Source: Gonapodya sp. JEL0774
Taxonomy: Eukaryota
Direction: 5' to 3'
Assembly (NCBI GenBank): GCA_027604505.1
Contig: JADIIX010000035.1
Location: forward strand, 124,001-176,918
DNA: 52,918 bases
The position numbers and the translations under genes are program-made. The notes under the pieces are model-generated. The model did no database searches, was not told where the DNA came from, and saw only the letters and a list, made by a program, of their open reading frames with translations. Numbering within the stretch: the stretch's first letter is position 1; each line of letters opens with the position of its first letter. Below, in pieces: positions 20,401 through 33,899 of this stretch.

Positions 20401-22478
20401 ACTTGACTGATGGGTCGGGGCGCAAAGTCGAATCAGATATGAGGAAAATGGACGACTTGGACGTTACGATGAATAATTTAAGGAATGAAGTGGAGCAGGT
20501 GTTGATCCTGGACGAACCGGTTATCCCAAACACCCAAGTGGAAAATGGCAACGATGTGTCCTCAGAGGCTCTTGGAGTGATGACCGCCGCAAAAGTGCAA
20601 ACGGATTTTGTTATGGATGTGAACATGGCCGTCGCCAACACCAGCGCTGCTCAACAAGCTCCCCTTGAGGCGACATCCGTTGTGGACTACAACTTCAACA
20701 TAGATCAGGCAAAGCAAGGCGAACATCCGGGACAGTCTTCCGGAATCGACTGTGAGCTAGTGCTCCCAGAGAATAATCAGGTTCTCATTTCCGTGCCGGA
20801 AAAGGGCTTGCCTACAGATCAAAAAACTTTATCCCAAAGTCCCATACAGCCCTCTGAAAGTATATTCGGCATCACTCGTGGCAAAAATGGTATTCCCGAC
20901 ATGAGCGACACAACGTGCCCCGTCACCATGGCGTTACCGCATGACGTGGTTGAACGCCCGAAGGAGGCCGAAGGCTGGCCTTTGGAAAGGTTCGAAATCA
21001 AGCCTACTTCGGCTGTCTCAGAACCCCAGGATCCCGCCAACGATTTTACCCCTGGGGTACCCACAGAGCTACTCCCAAATGTAGACGCGGTTACGATGGA
21101 TCAGGACGAAGATGAATGTGAAAGATGGCTTTTACACGGCTCCCAGAAACTGCTCGACGAGGAGGAAGAAGCTGAGCTACGGGCCGGCTGGAAGCCTCAA
21201 GGCTCGCATGAACACGAACTGCGTGGAGACTCTTCATATGCCGAGACTTCAACATCCATCGGTCTCATGCCGGAAGGGAACACCGTGTTAGAGAGGTCCC
21301 GGACCGTTTCTGGGAGATCTGTTGATCTGATGGAGGGCGAGATACCCCCTGAAGGGCCTCCTGTGGTGACCTTGATCTCGGGAAGTGCTTCAGATACCGA
21401 GGAAATGGTGCGGGACATCGTCATCGAAGAAAAGAGAATGGCTTCGAGCGTTGGCGATACCATAAGGGACATGGATGCGATTGAAGCCTGTGAAGTGGAG
21501 CAAACAGCGCCAGTTGCATCGCAGGGACCTGCTAGTGAGGTGACGAGGCTGAGCCTTTCGCGGAAGAGCAGTTCGAGCGCTTTGTCGGAAGTGCCTTCTA
21601 GGAAGCGCGTTGCAGAAGAAGATTTGGAGGCCGTCAGAATCGGTGAAAAGCACTGTGTTAAGGATTCACCGATCACTCAAATGCTGGAGGATGTTTCCCG
21701 GTCACCCGCAACTCAAATGCTGGAGGATGTTTCCCGGTCACCCGCACCACAAGGATTTGAGTTTGAAGAAGGTGCTTCTGCATCACAGCGCTACAAACCA
21801 AATTGTGGTTATCTGTCACCCAAGCGTCGCAGACTTAGCAACCCATTATCAACTTTTGTGAATCCGGGGCCGGACTTCAAGGCAATTCAGCCTCGAATTG
21901 TAGACCCAAGGAGCAACATAAATGGTACGGCCGTCTCACCGCGATACGGCCTCCGGCCTCCTATGGTGACGAACTTCGAGCTTCAGAGCCCCGTGGAAAC
22001 CACAGCAAATGGGGATGGGGATGGGCCACCTTGCAGTGACTCAGAAGTTGTCTGTCAGCATGACGGCGACAATTCGGAACGCATTATGATGGACACGGAT
22101 CAGCCCTTTTTAAGAACTCAAGGCTCTGTCAACAGTGAACGCAACATCAGTGGAACCTCATGTGATTTTGAGGACTATGCTCAACCACGAGAATCACTCC
22201 CGCATACACAATCGCAGAGAGAGTTTGGACCCGCACCGCAGGATGCGGAGTATCTGAGTGGCGGGAGGTTTGTTCGGAGTTTGAATGCAATACTCTCCCC
22301 AGAATCGGCTTTGGCATCACAAGGGGAGACGCTCTCCCTGGGTGAGTTTTCCGGCCCCATCGCGATTACTGTCGGGAACAAACCATCATCCCAGAAGAGT
22401 GCGTTCGCTCAACCGTTTGATGAAGAAGAACTCCCGGACGTATCTATGCGGAACCCAGCCCAGCCGTCCCTCAATTAG
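17427..22478 (+). CDS. Divergent PP2C (PPM) family Ser/Thr phosphatase with large insertions and ~800-aa acidic disordered C-tail
   Basis: PPM motifs occur in order across exons: VVNEDTCG, CFYLADGHG, NGSTFLL...SCTIGDSS, YGLGMTATLG, IVMVSDGVK|DVL, LAKMRGSTDDVT|ALAIDV. Some exon boundaries at 18050-18480 are unresolved. Confidence 0.8.
21675..21746 (+). repeat. Perfect in-frame 36-bp tandem duplication (TQMLEDVSRSPA x2)
   Basis: actcaaatgctggaggatgtttcccggtcacccgca is repeated exactly. Confidence 0.95.
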
Positions 22479-22802
22479 AGCTTCGGTCTGGGTGAATCGC
22501 ATTGTGGAAGCAAGGAAAGTCATTGGGGAAATGACAAAGCCAGCACTAATGACTCTTCCACAACGGAAATGAAGATGGTCTAATGTGTGATTCCATTCTT
22601 TTGTCTGTGTAGATAAGTACATACAACCTTGAATCTGCATCTTCACAACCACTTTTAAAATGGGACCGAGCATCTGTACAAAGCATTTTTTTACCTTTAC
22701 CTGCCGTACTTGATTAATCTGCCTTGCTTTGCAAACTTAAAATGCTTTTCTACTTTGTACCACTGGAAACAACTATAATACAAATGTGTTCTCTAACTCC
22801 GA

Positions 22803-25800
22803 TTATGTCCATCTTTCTCCCATGTCAACAACTTCATCTTTGAATAACTCTGCCTCCCATTTCTCTACCCCCTCCAAACGATCCACCATGCCCCTTGCTG
22901 CACGCCTCACCGCTTTCCATGCATCCACTCTGGCTTTCAAGGCAACGATCTGCACACCGAAATCTTCTAGCGCTGCTTTGTCCACGGGTGCCAATGCTTC
23001 CATTGCAACTCGCTCTGACTCGTCCTCAGTTTCGACCCGGCGCTCCCGTGCTCTCGCAGCCGCGTCCATCACCGCTCCACGAGAGATTCGTAATGCGACA
23101 TTGGTTTCCAAAGCTCGCCATCGGTCCGTCCTCGCAGCCGTGAGATCTGCTTCCAATACTGCAACCTTTTCCTCCAAGGCACGATTCGCCCCGATGAGCT
23201 CAATCTCCTTTGCAATTAATGCGTCTCTCTTGGTCTCAAGGTGCTCCACCATAGCAGAATTTTCCCTCCGAGCGGTGGCGGAGTCACGAATAGTGGTGTT
23301 CAATGTTGCTTTAAGGTCAGACAGTCGCGCCGTTACGCCTCGGTGGAGTGTTTGAGCGGCATCAAGTGTAGCTGTCAAGCCAACAAGTTGAGAAGAGAGC
23401 AAGAGTTCGTTGGATTGAGCGATGGAAATCATCGCGGAGTTGGCCTGAGAAGTATCGTGGAGCACCCGATGATTCTCGACCAGTTCGGCAAGACAAACTC
23501 GAAGATGTGAAAGACACGTCTCCTTTGTCACTGCCGAGTTTCGGAGTCTTTCATGCACAGATCGAAGCCTGGCCGCCTCGTACAGATTGACATCCACTTT
23601 GTCTCCGAGGTTTTGCAGCTTCAGCATCGCATCCTTCCTATAGCGCTCCATTTCCGCCTTCACGTCCTTCTCTTCTGCCTCCGTAGCTCTCTTCAACTCC
23701 CTTGTCTTGGCAATCTCATCCACAATCCTCCTCTTCTCCTCAATCTCCTCTGCTTTTCGTTTTACTGCAGCGTCCCTCCTTGCCTTCATTTCAGCAACCT
23801 TCTCCTCCGATTCATCCCTCGTGATCCTCATTTCCTCCGTAAGCTCATCGGCACGTGCTCTTTCCCTTTCCAATGTCATCTGATATTCCTGTCGGCGGAC
23901 GAGAGCAGCTTCCTTTCTGTCTTTTGCCTTCTTCTCTTCAGCCTTGGCAACGTCCATTTCCGAGGCAAGACTTTTTTGCCGTTCATCCAACTCCAAAACT
24001 TCCTTGCTGTGCCGAATCTTTGCCGCCTCAAGCTTGCTTGTGCTTTCCTTCGCCAGTTTTGCTGCTTCTCGCTCTGCAGTTTTCAGCTTCTGCCCCTCAA
24101 TTGTGGCTTCCTCGACCTTCTTTCGCACAGATGTCGCCTCGTGGCGCACAGCCTCACCTCGCTTGGTCAGGTCGTCAAGTGTAGTCTTAAGCTGTCGCGT
24201 GGCTAGTTCATACTCCTTATGTTTGTCCTCATTCTCCCTCCGCATTCGAGCATTTGTCGCGCGCTCTATACCGAGCGCAGCTGTGGCCTGTTGCAGCTGT
24301 GTAAACGATTCTGAGTTTTCCGCTGAGAGTCGCACCACAACTGGCTCCAGGTCCGCAGCTTCCTTTTCTAGTGTCTTCATCTGAATCTGCACGTGGTCCC
24401 TCTCGAACTCTAAACCGTGCAGCTCATCGATCCGTTCACTTAACACTGTCCGCGCACGGTCCACACTGCGAGCGACGCTGGACGCAGAGCGTTGTAGGGC
24501 GGCATGAAGTTCGCGGAGATCCGAGGATCCCGCAGAAGACTCGAGATGGAGGCGGGCTGAGAGACGAGAGAGCCTTTCGGTGTCAAGAGAAGTTTCGTAG
24601 AGGCGCGATTCAAGGGAGGCGAGAGTGGAGCGGTGGGTGGCGACAACAGATGCAAGGGAAACTGAATCTTGAAGGAGAGTGGTGATAGTAGCCTCTATCT
24701 AAAGTGGAGAAAGGTGGAGAAAAGGGGAGCGAGATAGTTTCGGCCATATTCTGTGCATGGTTGCAACACCTGTGCAATTTATACATACGTGTTTCCGTTC
24801 CTCACCACTTAACCACCCCCACACCGCGACTTCTCCGCTCAGAATCTTCATGTATCGCAAGTCCTTCCGAAGTTTCTCAACACCGTTTTCCGTCCACAGT
24901 CTAGCAGCCTCTTCGTACCTCGTCGCCACTTTGACAGCCCATTGAAGCCTTCGTATCGCATCGACGTTTCGCGACAACGACACATTGGCAGAAAACAGGA
25001 GAGCCTGCAAAGCAGATAAATGATGGCGCGCAGCAGCAAGATAGGATGGGTAAAGGTGCGGGGTAATTTGGACGTCGTCGGCAAGACGGATGTTTTCATT
25101 AACGTTTGAAGCTGAAACATCTTTCTGATGTGGTTGAGCGGGGTCGTCGCCAGCCACAGACGTACGGCCAACGGGTGACTCATTCAAACGAACGATTCTC
25201 TTTTTCACGGGGAAATCGGACGGGTGGCGGTGCACTTCCGAGGAAAATATTTCATGGGGTTGATAGATAACGAACGTGCTCGTCAGTTGGGCCGTTGGTC
25301 TGGCCTCTCTCCCACTATCGTGGCTCAAGTCAACTGGGGGAGACATCTCTGTATCTGACGCTTGGGTCCCACCGGGGGTCGTTCCTGGCACTTCCAGATC
25401 CGGTGTTGTGATGTGCGTGTCGTTGCTACCTCCCAAACCATCCGGCACAGGTTGAAATCTAGACACGGCAGAATGGGAACCATCTCGGCGGGCGTTGGTT
25501 ATCAGTGCCTCAGTGTCCGCACTTATGCCAAGCGATTGCTTGACTCCCAGCTGCCCTAAGTCGAGTGCACTCATACCGAACTGATAGTGGACGTGTCTCG
25601 CAAAGCAATGCTCGAAAGCGTCTATCAGTAAGTTCTCGCATTCTGGACAAATGTTGGTGGGTGGTCCTTCCGTGTTCTCAACGGTTAGAGTTCTCCGATT
25701 GTTGCCGCCGTCATCATCCTCCGTGAGCGTGGTGCTCGAGTCATCTGCAGTCAGCTGACCAGAATAAGATTCTTGAGAGGAATTCTCGAGCAGTTGAATA

Positions 25801-25952
25801 TCCCGCAGAGAAGAAGAAAGCGTTGGCGGAAGCCTCACTGCTGGGATGTTCTGTGCGTCATCGGTAACAGACAATGCCGTTTTCAGCAGTTGCTCATCAA
25901 GACGGAGATTGAATGGGTTTTCTTCAATAGAAAACTGTCCAAGTTCATTCAT
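22803..25952 (-). CDS. Large coiled-coil protein, 2 exons, function unknown
   Basis: Exon 1 ~25952-24789 (MNELGQF...EERKH|gtatgt) and exon 2 24698-22803 (tttag|IEATITTLL...) join in frame with the 553-aa E/K/R/A-rich heptad ORF. Confidence 0.75.
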
Positions 25953-26055
25953 TGCGTGCGTTCCCGTCTGCGCAGCAGTCCACAATATATGTGACACATT
26001 TTCCCACGATACATAATAAATGTACAAAAAGTAAATATAATGGCACCTCAAAAGA

Positions 26056-29000
26056 CTACTTTCTTCGGGTTGAGGAACCCGACTTTCCTCCGATTGCGAC
26101 TGCATGTGTGGATCCTCCAAAACCTTTGGTTGGTAGTACTCGGAGCTGCCGAAGACCGGTATCATACTTAAGGAACGCCTCGACAGAGCGTTCGTCGATA
26201 GTGGGTGGCCCAGTGCCACAGAGTTTCCTTGTTCGCACACTGGCCACGCCACCACCATGACCACCTTCACTAGGCCCCCGCTCGACCACCAGCTCGTATA
26301 GTGCACGAAATTTATGATCTCGCTCCTCTTTGACTGCAATCACGAAGTTGTCAGCGCTACTTGAATCGATGGCCTCAAGAGCTTCTCGCTTGGCCGCTTC
26401 GTTTATTGCACCCGCTAGGAGAGACTGTAGAGCGTTCTTTATAAGCGCTCGTGTGGAAGATGGACGGATAGGATTGATTGCAAGTTGGGATTTAGTGGTG
26501 TTGCCAGATGGAACTTTCAGTTTGGCAGTCGTGCGAGTTGTCGCTATAACAATTGTGTTACTCGAGGCCAAACACTTTGCACACTGTATGTCTCACCATT
26601 TATTGATTCTGGTTCAACTCGCTGAACTGTTGAGTTCACACCCTCTACCCGGCGCTCCAAAGTCACAAATCTGTCGTTCAACGTACTGTTTGATCTTTGT
26701 TTCTCCGTCTGCAATCCCTCATCCAGTCTTTCCTCTTCAGCACTTCCATTTAATGTTGCGTTGGAATCAACCCGCGAGTTGGGGTGCTTCAGCTTTTTCT
26801 CTGAGGTTCCTTTATTCCCTTTGCACACAGATTTGGGCACACAGGGTGACACGCCTACTTCTTCGACTCCAGGTCGCAAAACATCGCTGGGCTTTGTTAG
26901 AGAGGGTTCTGCGATATTCGTTTGGTTGATTTTCGTTTGCTGAGACTTGCCTCCCACAGATTTCATTGATCTGACAAAGTGTTTTCGTGTGACCGCTTCC
27001 CACGATGCCTCGGACGTCAACTGTGGCATCGAATGGTGTTCTTTTGGTTTGAGAGAGATGAGATCATGTGGCACGATGCCGTTCAAATGTTTGGTACTCT
27101 TTTCGTCTTGAATGCTCACGAAATATGCCATTCCGCCTTTGGATGTGCGAACCGAGTCTTCATCAGTGTGCCCGAGCACCAGTGTTTGGTTGAAGAGTAT
27201 CTCGTCTTCAGATAGGTGGTCAGGATTATGTGACGTGTTGTCGGTCAACTCAAGAGCAACATCTCTTTCCAAATTGTCGGGGTATCGACCTATCTCACCC
27301 TCCTTCAAAGGTTCCATCATTGATTCGGTCAGTTCCCGAGAATTTTCGTGCTGATCTCGAGTGCAATCTTCGGGAGCATCACAAATCGGGATCAAATCAT
27401 CCATCTGGAGGTTATCCATTGGGCCGGAGTCCACCTTTTCGAGCTTATTGCACACTTCGATCCACTGCCAAGGTAATGTGATCTTTGGTGCAGGAGTTGA
27501 CGCTTCCTCTGCGTCCAGCTCCACAGCATCCGCAACAACTTCCGGCATTGCTTCCTCTTCTCCAATCTTCTCTTTGCTCACATCTTTGAGCCAGCCACTT
27601 TCTTCAACCCTGCGATCTGGAATCACATCGGGCTGTGTCGGCGGGCACTCATCCCTAATGTCTTCTTCAAACACGTTCATGCTGGACGACGGAAGCTCTG
27701 GAATTGCTGCGTCGATGGTTGGTTCAAGGTGCCTGTGACAATGTTGTGCCTCTAAGTCGAGGACCGTAACGTGGGGAACCTTCGCGTCATGTGAAGGAAT
27801 TTCCCCATCAGACTCGGGCAACGTAACCTCTGTAACCGTTGCGTCATAAGAATGAAGTTCCTGAAGAGACGATGAAACCACTGAAGCGGATGGAACCCGA
27901 GGAAGTTTTGCTCGGCGGCGAACCTTAAATGTTGGTACAGTGGTGCGAGCTGATTGCGAGGACATTGTAGAGCCATGAGTTTGTGCGGGGAGGTCTGTGA
28001 TTGTGACGACAGTTGGAACGTAGGAGTCCATTGACAGGGATTGAAGGCTCGACTCGCTGGCCGCGACAACCTTAAGCAACTCAGAAGAGCCCGGAGCTTT
28101 CTCAACGTGGTTTGCTCCAACAATGGCTTGATTCCGAATTCTTAAGTCTGTTGGGAACTCTTCCCCAAACCATTCTTCCTCACGATCAATGATTATGGTT
28201 CTCGCTCCCTCATACTCGTTGTATATCAGTTCTGATGCCGCCAATTGAGCTTCCCCACCACAAAGTTTACCGCAATCCTTTGAGAGAGAGAAAACACTAT
28301 TATTCTTGCAAATCTGTTCCTCAACGAGGTCTTTCTTTTGGATGTTGGACGAAGTCTCGAAGGACAAAGTTGATTCACATATATCTTCAACTCCATCAAG
28401 CAGATCTATCTCAGGTGAAACCGTTGATATTGAATTTGGGGAGCTTGATGAAGCCAGACTGTTCGTTTGCGGTAAAACATGCCTTGCCGGATCCGTAAGC
28501 ACTGTCTGCTCGGTGATGCTGGTGTCCTCCAGGTTTTTCAATGAAATCACACATTCAACGGCCTCAGCTCCACGAGGATCACCTTGGAAAACACCCTTGT
28601 GCTCTGAATTGTTGGCTGTCAAAGCCGGCTCGTCTCCGTCGGTTTGGACCTCTCCTTGACCGCCACATTCGTATAGAAGAGTGGGAGTAAAAGAGGGCGA
28701 TGGACTCTCCGTAGAATGATGTTCCATTATTGCCGGATGCTCTGGTAACTGTCGATGGGAATTCACCGTGGACTTTCGAGATGAGGCCCTGTGTGAAGCA
28801 CTTCCTTCTTTCGCATCATCGAGCTCTCGGAGCTTCTTTCTGGGCATCCGAACTCGAAGAAGCGCATGGCTGCTGTTCACGGAGCTAGGCGCCATGGCAT
28901 GTGAGGAGGCAGGCTGAGCTTCCTCCACATGTGAGGAATTGGGTGGTTTATCTTCCTCTGGTTCCGTAAGCATATTCGCATATGTAGAATGAGTACACTC

Positions 29001-30770
29001 CTCGATCCGCTCCGATCTTGAAACGAATTTGAGTGAAGTTTCGTCGGAACGTGAGAGGTCGACCGCCTTCTGCCTTTCAACCGACTCTGCGCCCTTGTGA
29101 GTGCACTCCACAAACAACACGCTCGCAATCCTCGTCGCAACCTCTTCTAGTCTCATTTTTGAGCCATCGTTTTCTATCGAGTCCAACTCCGACGGGAGGA
29201 ACAGTGGTCCAAAATGGTAAGCTCCGGGATACGTTAGGATCAGCGCACGGGAGAGGTGGGGATCAATGAGAACGTCAACGAGGAGATCCTTTGAGGCCAG
29301 GTTTGTGGGAGTCCTGTCAGAAACCGCAGAGATGAGAGAGTGCAGCCAGGTCTGAAAGTGAGTGGATAACGGAAGACTGTCCGCAGCATCGGATGTAGTG
29401 TGATTCGCTTGTCGACTCAGAAGTTCAGAACGTATCCGCCTGGAGGAGGCACAGAGATCAACAAGATTCTCAGTTCTTATGCCAAAGTCGTTGGTTTGAA
29501 TTCCCTGAGGAGCTGCTCATCTCACCTCGCCTCATCCAGCACAATTTGTGCGTCCACAATTACACACTTGTCGAGTACTCTTTCCATCACCACGATGTGC
29601 GCTTCCTCGCAGATAGGATCGGTCTGAATCAACTTCGCAACGACGTCGGGAGCTAAGTCGAGGTCCCGAACAATCATCTTCATAGCCTCACCATCGGTGT
29701 CTGGCTGGCATGACGTCTCCCGTGATAAAGCACGAGAGTCAGGTGAATGTAGCATTTGGAAAGAAAGCAGATAGAGCCGACCAGAGGAGAGTAGATTTAG
29801 TAGAGAGGGCGAGCGGATTGTAGTGGACTGCAAAAGTTTTTGGGGGGAATCAAAAACCTGAATAAACTCCCAATTTAAGTTCAAATTATTGCGCTTCCGA
29901 GTATTGTGGAATGTTTGGGATGTCTTTTGGCGTCGCTATCTGAGCGAGATTCTGCACCATCCGGATGTAATTCTCTCTGCCAATATGTGTCAAACTCACG
30001 TCGACTTCACTTAGCTTGATTCTATGATACTCGATTTCCTCGAGCCAGCCAGGCCATGTCGCAGACACCACGCGGGCAACGTCGGCATTATATGTATCCC
30101 GAGACCGGGCGCACAATAGCGATAGCAGAGAGCGAAGGTAAACTTTGAATGCGAGGTTCCTAACCTGATGCTCGAGCGTGAAGGGGAGTGCTGGAACCAT
30201 AACAGTGGCATTTGGAGCACAAGATGCTGGACGACCACCTAGTGCAGATAAGGAAACGGAGGAAGGTCGTGTACGGCGTGCGGAGCTCGAAAGCGACCTG
30301 CGTCCAGGATTTATACCGAGTTGGTGTGCGCGGGCTGCATAGCTCTCATGCAGTAGTGTGAGAAGGCACAAGGCATCCGGGATGTTTCCTCGCCGAACTG
30401 ATTCTAATCTTTCCAAGTCAAACGCCCCATCGGGCAGTACGCGCTGCAGTCCTCTTTCCAATCGGGCAAATGTTTCCTCAATAACATTGGCGCGTTCTCC
30501 TCGCAGGAACTCATCGGACGCAAACCATCCAAGGTTTATTGCACGGGGATCCACTAGCGCAACTACTTCTGCGAGCGTAAACCCATCACTAAACTCAGAT
30601 GCTGGATCAATTTCTCGGGAGAGTAAGCACCGGAGCCATTCCAGTGATTCAGAGTGTTTTCGTGCAACGAAATCCGAACTCTCATCAGGCGAATCAGAGG
30701 ATTCCGCAGGATGGCTGGACTCGGAATCACGTGAAAAGGTAAGTGAGGATGAAGGAGGTCGGGAGCGCAT
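26056..30770 (-). CDS. CAMSAP/Patronin-like protein: N-terminal CH-like domain, long disordered middle, C-terminal CKK domain
   Basis: The C-terminus STRALIKNALQSLLAGAINEAAKREALEAIDSSSADNFVIAVKE..HKFRALY...GTGPPTIDERSVEAFLKYDTGLRQLRVLPTKGF matches the CKK pattern (I.NAL..CLAG.VN, HFLILF, FRALY, G.GP, KY+S..K.F..IP.K). The N-terminal WLRCLL..EID..SEFSDGFTLAEVV..VDP is CH-like. A ~53-nt intron joins the 880-aa ORF to the CKK exon. Confidence 0.82.
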
Positions 30771-31037
30771 GGCTTTGGGTTCCCTTGAAATGAAGAGGAG
30801 GGGATGAACTCACAACTTTCCGCTCTCCCGAGAGAATTGGATTCAATGAAGTTTGCAATTATATAACTAATCAGGCCGGCAAACAGGCTGCCATACTTAT
30901 AATAGCAGTGGTCTCCCCCAGCCTACACATGTAAAATTATGCAATCAAAACAGTATAATGTTGATCGTGACGCCGAACATTCGGCGAGGTGAGATCGCAG
31001 CCCATAATGCTGCAGCCAGATCTGTATATGCACGTGA

Positions 31038-32383
31038 TTACGACATCTGGGTGTAAGATCCCAGCTCCTCGTGAGGGACTCGTCGCCGCTTGTAGGCAAC
31101 CACTCCTCCCAGCACTACCAACACAGTCGCCAGGACAGCAACACCGACGCCAATCTTGGCGGCTGACGAGAGGCCACCATCAAATGCTGATGTATCCATT
31201 GATCCACCTGTTGACGCTCCCTCAGGCCCGGCATTAACCCTGGGAGACGAAGTGACGGCAGGGCTGCTGGTTGTCCGAAGGTCTGGGGAGGGTGACAGTG
31301 CAGAGGTTTGAGTGGGTGCGGCTGCGCTGGAGGAGACCAAGGTGGTCGAAACTGCAGAGGCCGCAGCGGCTGGACTCGAGGTCGTAACCGAGGTCGACGT
31401 GGTGGTGGACTGGGCGGTCGATGAAGCCGCCTGGCCACCAATTGGAGGTACTAAGGCGATCCCGGCAGGGTTCGCGGTGCATGTTGGACTGGGAAGATTA
31501 GCTGCAGCCTCAGTAACAGTGGCTGTATTATGTGGAAGGACTCTTTCACAACCCCGTTTTAACGAGCGAAAGACACTTCAAACACTCACGGACGGCCCCG
31601 CCACCGGGACAGTTACTTGTTCCACTGGTACTTGCTGTGATTGTGTGAATTATTTGAGTAAAGCCATCTCAATCATGAAATAGCACAACATTCACACCCA
31701 CAGGCTAGTTGAAGAATCCCGTTTCCTGTTGGAGCGGGCACGGCAGCGCAATAGTCCATGAATTTACCCCACTGCATACATGTCGTCAGTACCTCTCTCC
31801 TTGTTCAACAGATACTTGAGACGACAAACTCACTGGATTGGTAATTTTCACGAACAAGGTTTCTCCAATGCAAGTTTCCGTTTCCGGAATCAACATGCCA
31901 TAAGATCCATCGTTACATACGAGAGTATTGGATACGAGCCTCCCGCTATAGTTGTTGCAGAGGTCAGGATAGGGGCCAGCAACCAGCTCCAACGTCACGA
32001 CCTGACGATTCCACAAGCATTGCGAATGCGTCAGTGTAGATACAGTACAGAAGTACCAAATGATAGACAGCGATCATCTCATTCAGTGCCCACTTACCGG
32101 AGTCTCTGTGAAGTTGAGCGGATTCCACTGGACGTTGAACGTTGAACCTGGTGTCACCGGCTGATATCCTATCCCACCAAGCCATCAATGTCCAGTTGTA
32201 CACCAAGAGGTGAGAAAGTCAGCGAAAGGGTTGTCATGGATCCGGTTAATAAGTAAAGTGTGATCCCTGTGGCTGACGAACGAGCCTCGTATGTGACTTA
32301 CCGGCAGCGCTAGAAACCAGTCCACCCAGAAGAGGAGCGATCGCAAGTGCCTTCCATGTTGGAGCTCGGAATTTTCGAACCAT
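31038..32383 (-). CDS. Single-pass cell-surface protein (signal peptide, Cys-containing ectodomain, Ser/Thr stalk, TM, short tail; Mid2/Wsc-like topology)
   Basis: MVRKFRAPTWKALAIAPLLGGLVSSAA|GYQPVTPGSTFNVQWNPLNF|VVTLELVAGPYPDLCNN..., then an S/T-rich stalk, then GLSSAAKIGVGVAVLATVLVVLGGVVAYKRRR...YTQMS*. Confidence 0.7.
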
Positions 32384-32526
32384 CGCCAAAAATGGAAGGT
32401 TTTTGGGTGGGCTGCTCTTTCACCCGACACGCCGGAAGCCGCACACTGCACCACCGCCCCCTCCCACAAATACAATACGCACAACACAAAACGCTGGATT
32501 CTGTATCGGTACTTTTTTTCGAACTC

Positions 32527-33756
32527 CTAGGTAATCTGAACAAGCTCATTGGCCATCATGTACCTGCTGAATAGAGTGTTCAATTTCCTGAACCAAACAA
32601 ACTGGCTCCGGTGCTCTAACATTGCCCGTCTTCCCTGCCGCGGGGGTGTCAACACCAAATAGCGATAGTGCGCCTCTTCCGGCTGCTCCGTGTCAGTGAC
32701 TTTCCCTTCAGGGTGTGTTCTCTTTCGCAGGGCCAAGCTGAACTCATACAACACCCATGTGAAGAGGACCTCCACAAACCCAAGGTATTTTCGGTAAAGG
32801 GGCAAAGAGATAACTGAGAACGCGGTGAAAGTAGAAGGTAGGTTCGCATTGTGGTCAGCGACCAGATGTCTATTGAAGTGATGCAATACAGTGGAAACAC
32901 CAATAAAAGCAAGTGCATCCCAACCGCCGAGGGTATGTGATACATACCTTACCCCCCGGTACACCGCAATATGGTTTGGATGGCCCGAAATTCCATAGTC
33001 ATCAAAGGTCAACAGCTGTGGAGATCGAATCGAAATGGTCTTGAAGACTTATCGTTGCCGTAGTCATACCCATCACTTACGGTCTCAACGTTCCACTTCT
33101 TTATCGCCTCAAGTACTTTGCTTGCCACTAGCTCCTTGTCCCACACGTTCTCAAAGCCGTCTTGAAGACCCCTCAAAGACGGAATCCACAACGACACCAG
33201 GTTGGTTGAAGCAACATGAGACCCGACGAGTACTCACGGGTCATCCACCACTGCAACATTCGCAGATGGAATGCCGAGGATACCGCAACTTGCAATGAGC
33301 TCTGTTGGGCGGACTCGCCCAAGTGAACCTGCATATGAACGATCGTCCGACCCATCCGATGACAAGGGAGTAGCACGATGGGGAGAAAGCAATGAGAGAA
33401 TAAATTAAAATATCAGGTTGTTGAATGGTCTAGTTATCACCATGGGCGGTACCTTGAGACAAGCAAAGAACGAAGGTCCTCGTTATGTCCTTTCCAACAG
33501 TCTTCTCGTCACTGCCACCGATCACCGCTGCGAGGGAGGGACCAAAAAACAGACACTCATCGTCCGGGTGGGCGGTGACCAGCATCACCCTTCGCGGAGG
33601 TTGGAGGGAAGGAGGAAGGACCGTTCGGAGTCGGGATGGAGCGACAGCGAGGATCGCATAAGATGCCACAAAGAAGATAAGGAAGGAGACAAAAACCACG
33701 CAGAGGGGCAAAGAAAAATGTGATTTAAAGAAGACGGATGGGAGATTTGAGGTCAT
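32527..33756 (-). CDS. GPI12: N-acetylglucosaminyl-phosphatidylinositol de-N-acetylase (PIG-L)
   Basis: N-terminal TM segment; LVTAHPDDECLFFGPSL; LCLSQG; LQDG...WD; TFDDYGISGHPNH; AMLEHRSQFVWFRKL..LFSRYM. Confidence 0.95.
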
Positions 33757-33899
33757 GGAATTTTGAAAACGCCAAGAGGTGAGGTGACTGCCCGCCGATC
33801 ACTTTGAGTGTGTCACCCAGTCACAACACCAGAGTCATTCGGCAAGACTGCAAAATAGAGCCAATCATTAAGTATAGGTGAAAGCATATACCATGTTAC

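Noticed and set aside
26490..26620. Apparent frameshift between the 880-aa ORF and the CKK ORF
   Set aside because: Explained by a ~53-nt intron (GTGAGA...TTATAG) that restores the frame.
22786..28660. Long plus-strand ORFs antisense to the coiled-coil and CAMSAP-like genes
   Set aside because: Typical shadow ORFs of long exons, with no independent coding evidence.
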